From assembly GCA_002269645.1 (NCBI GenBank), contig NIVC01000018.1:1-64000 (forward strand): a stretch of 64,000 nucleotides of DNA, in the 5' to 3' direction. Position 1 is the first letter of the stretch, and each line of letters opens with the position of its first letter. The stretch comes from Macrostomum lignano. Taxonomy: Eukaryota. A model generated the notes under the pieces. The model was not told the origin of the DNA and searched no databases. It saw only the letters and a list, made by a program, of their open reading frames with translations. Shown here piece by piece: positions 60,539-64,000 of the stretch. Position numbers and translations under genes: made by a program.

Positions 60539-63068
60539 ATAGAGGTCATTCCCAGTGCAGCATAGAGGTCATTCCCAGTGCAGCATAGAGGTCATTCCCA
60601 GTGCAGCATAGAGGTCATTCCCAGTGCAGCATAGAGGCCATTCCCAGTGCAGCATAGAGGCCATTCCCAGTGCAGCATAGAGGCCATTCCCAGTGCAGCA
60701 TAGAGGTCATTCCCAGTGCAGCATAGAGGCCATTCCCAGTGCAGCATAGAGGTCATTCCCAGTGCAGCATAGAGGTCATTCCCAGTGCAGCATAGAGGTC
60801 ATTCCCAGTGCAGCATAGAGGCCATTCCCAGTGCAGCATAGAGGTCATTCCCAGTGCAGCATAGATGTCATTCCCAGTGCAGCATAGAGGTCATTCCCAG
60901 TGCAGCATAGAGGTCATTCCCAGTGCAGCATAGAGGTCATTCCCAGTGCAGCATAGAGGTCATTCCCAGTGCAGCATAGAGGTCATTCCCAGTGCAGCAT
61001 AGAGGTCATTCCCAGTGCAGCATAGAGGTCATTCCCAGTGCAGCATAGAGGTCATTCCCAGTGCAGCATAGATGTCATTCCCAGTGCAGCATAGATGTCA
61101 TTCCCAGTGCAGCATAGATGTCATTCCCAGTGCAGCATAGATGTCATTCCCAGTGCAGCATAGATGTCATTCCCAGTGCAGCATAGATGTCATTCCCAGT
61201 GCAGCATCGATGTCATTCCCAGTGCAGCATAGATGTCATTCCCAGTGCAGCATAGAGGTCATTCCCAGTGCAGCATAGAGGTCATTCCCAGTGCAGCATA
61301 GAGGTCATTCCCAGTGCAGCATAGAGGTCATTCCCAGTGCAGCATAGAGGTCATTCCCAGTGCAGCATAGAGGTCATTCCCAGTGCAGCATAGAGGCCAT
61401 TCCCAGTGCAGCATAGATGTCATTCCCAGTGCAGCATAGATGTCATTCCCAGTGCAGCATAGAGGTCATTCCCAGTGCAGCATAGAGGTCATTCCCAGTG
61501 CAGCATAGAGGTCATTCCCAGTGCAGCATAGAGGTCATTCCCAGTGCAGCATAGAGGCCATTCCCAGTGCAGCATAGAGGTCATTCCCAGTGCAGCATAG
61601 AGGTCATTCCCAGTGCAGCATAGAGGCCATTCCCAGTGCAGCATAGAGGTCATTCCCAGTGCAGCATAGAGGTCATTCCCAGTGCAGCATAGAGGTCATT
61701 CCCAGTGCAGCATAGAGGTCATTCCCAGTGCAGCATAGAGGTCATTCCCAGTGCAGCATAGAGGTCATTCCCAGTGCAGCATAGAGGTCATTCCCAGTGC
61801 AGCATAGAGGCCATTCCCAGTGCAGCATAGAGGTCATTCCCAGTGCAGCATAGAGGCCATTCCCAGTGCAGCATAGAGGTCATTCCCAGTGCAGCATAGA
61901 GGTCATTCCCAGTGCAGCATAGAGGTCATTCCCAGTGCAGCATAGAGGTCATTCCCAGTGCAGCATAGAGGTCATTCCCAGTGCAGCATAGAGGTCATTC
62001 CCAGTGCAGCATAGAGGTCATTCCCAGTGCAGCATAGAGGTCATTCCCAGTGCAGCATAGAGGTCATTCCCAGTGCAGCATAGAGGTCATTCCCAGTGCA
62101 GCATAGAGGTCATTCCCAGTGCAGCATAGAGGTCATTCCCAGTGCAGCATAGAGGTCATTCCCAGTGCAGCATAGAGGTCATTCCCAGTGCAGCATAGAG
62201 ATCATTCCCAGTGCAGCATAGAGGTCATTCCCAGTGCAGCATAGAGGCCATTCCCAGTGCAGCATAGAGGTCATTCCCAGTGCAGCATAGAGGCCATTCC
62301 CAGTGCAGCATAGAGGTCATTCCCAGTGCAGCATAGAGGTCATTCCCAGTGCAGCATAGAGGTCATTCCCAGTGCAGCATAGAGGTCATTCCCAGTGCAG
62401 CATAGAGGCCATTCCCAGTGCAGCATAGAGGTCATTCCCAGTGCAGCATAGAGGTCATTCCCAGTGCAGCATAGAGGTCATTCCCAGTGCAGCATAGAGG
62501 TCATTCCCAGTGCAGCATAGAGGCCATTCCCAGTGCAGCATAGAGGTCATTCCCAGTGCAGCATAGAGGTCATTCCCAGTGCAGCATAGAGGCCATTCCC
62601 AGTGCAGCATAGAGGTCATTCCCAGTGCAGCATAGAGGTCATTCCCAGTGCAGCATAGAGGCCATTCCCAGTGCAGCATAGAGGTCATTCCCAGTGCAGC
62701 ATAGAGGTCATTCCCAGTGCAGCATAGAGGCCATTCCCAGTGCAGCATAGAGGTCATTCCCAGTGCAGCATAGATGTCATTCCCAGTGCAGCATAGAGGT
62801 CATTCCCAGTGCAGCATAGAGGCCATTCCCAGTGCAGCATAGAGGTCATTCCCAGTGCAGCATAGAGGCCATTCCCAGTGCAGCATAGAGGTCATTCCCA
62901 GTGCAGCATAGAGGCCATTCCCAGTGCAGCATAGAGGTCATTCCCAGTGCAGCATAGAGGCCATTCCCAGTGCAGCATAGAGGCCATTCCCAGTGCAGCA
63001 TAGAGGCCATTCTCAGTGCAGCATAGAGGTCATTCCCAGTGCAGCATAGAGGCCATTCTCAGTGCAGC
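60539..63068. repeat. 2.5-kb 23-bp minisatellite, about 110 copies
   Basis: ataga(g/t)g(t/c)cattcccagtgcagc with three recurring variants. Confidence 0.97.
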
Positions 63069-63128
63069 TATAAAGGGGATTATTTTGAACGCCAGTCTCC
63101 AAGCCCAAGCGTCCCAAACGCATTGCAG

Positions 63129-63873
63129 GAGTCGAAATCGTCAGCAGGCGCCAGCGGCGGGCCAAATCCGCGCCAACAGCGAGTGGTTAGCCAGGCTGAT
63201 TCCGTCAGCAATTGGCGCCGACCGGGCGCGGGTGCTGCTGCGGCGCCAACTGGAAGCGGATGTAGCGCACCGTCGCCAGACAAGTGGCGCGGCGGCGGTG
63301 GAGGCAGTCGGCGACCTCCAAGAGGTGCCGGCGAGGGTGGAACGAGGTAGAGTACAATCGAGCGTGTATCGTATGTAAATTGTAGTACACATTCACTATA
63401 ATGTACATTGTATGTGTACATTGTATGTACATTCAATTCTAGAGTCTATGTACATTAAATTGTGCAGTATATGTACATTAAAGTGTAAATTTATCCATTT
63501 AATGTTGTGTAGGCGTACCGGCTTCCAATCGGCCAATGGCGACATGGCCACCGGCGGCGGCAGCTCTTCGATGCCACCGTCCACTGCAGCAGCCAGCCTG
63601 GACACATTTGATTTGCAGCGGCTGGACCCGTGCGTGCAGAAGCTGGTGTTGCTGCTCACTTCGCCTCCGGATCCGGACAGAGCGCCGGCCACTGTCCGAA
63701 GTTTATGGCGAGCCAACTGCGCGCAGGCTCTGGCCGAGCTGCGGTCCGTGGCCGAGCAGGGGCCGGACAGCGAGACGGCGCAGCGGGTGCTCAGCCCGGA
63801 CGCCGTGGCCATTCTGCTGCAGCTGCTGCCACGACTGCAGCCCGGCGATGAGGCCCCGGTGGGGCCGCTGCAG
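63129..63873 (+). CDS. Two exons of an unidentified gene (low-complexity segment followed by a helical, possibly HEAT/ARM-like region), continuing beyond the window
   Basis: Exons 63129-63346 (phase 0 to 2) and 63513-63873 (phase 2 to 0) join in frame: ...GEGGTR|RTGFQSANGDMATGGG...FDLQRLDPCVQKLVLLL...ANCAQALAEL; donor cag|gtagg at 63874. Confidence 0.6.
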
Positions 63874-64000
63874 GTAGGCGCTGGGAATGCGATAGAAATA
63901 CAGAAGAAAGGGAAGCCCAATGCAAGCCAGGTAAATCTAAGTGGATTGAGGGCGGTGCTAAGAGTGGTTTTAAGGCGTTGCTAAGGGTGGTTTCAATGGT

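Noticed and set aside
60539-63068. CRISPR-like appearance of regular 23-45 bp arrays
   Set aside because: Units are head-to-tail with no unique spacers, there are no cas genes, and the context is eukaryotic.

Overview
Eukaryotic (animal) genomic DNA with GC-rich exons, AT-rich spacers and GT-AG introns; the style fits a Macrostomum-like flatworm, which is inference only. The standout feature is a ~9.4-kb, ~3,000-aa gene at 435-9799 (+). It joins, in one reading path, a 4-Cys Zn-binding module, a RIG-I/Dicer-type SF2 helicase, a eukaryotic RNA-dependent RNA polymerase (DLDGD intact), a Cid1/TUT-like nucleotidyltransferase with all three catalytic Asp, a KH-like repeat and an unassigned C-terminal domain; 2-3 single-base frameshifts interrupt it. 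Conserved genes are CEBPZ/NOC1 (5 exons, -), an invertebrate claudin (-), PPAN/SSF1 (3 exons, -), DNAJC9 (2 exons, +) and two exons of an unidentified gene at the right edge; almost every longer intron is filled by its own minisatellite. The rest is mobile DNA: two different Crypton-type (DUF3504) tyrosine recombinase genes, each preceded by a ~90-130 bp palindrome with a cGNAg triloop; a decayed CsRn1-like Gypsy element; a 2.5-kb TTAA-flanked foldback element carrying 151-bp repeats; tRNA-derived SINEs; stacked and nested MITEs with readable target-site duplications; a THAP/P-element remnant; and a Tc1-like deletion derivative. All domain calls are by eye from motifs, not from database searches.
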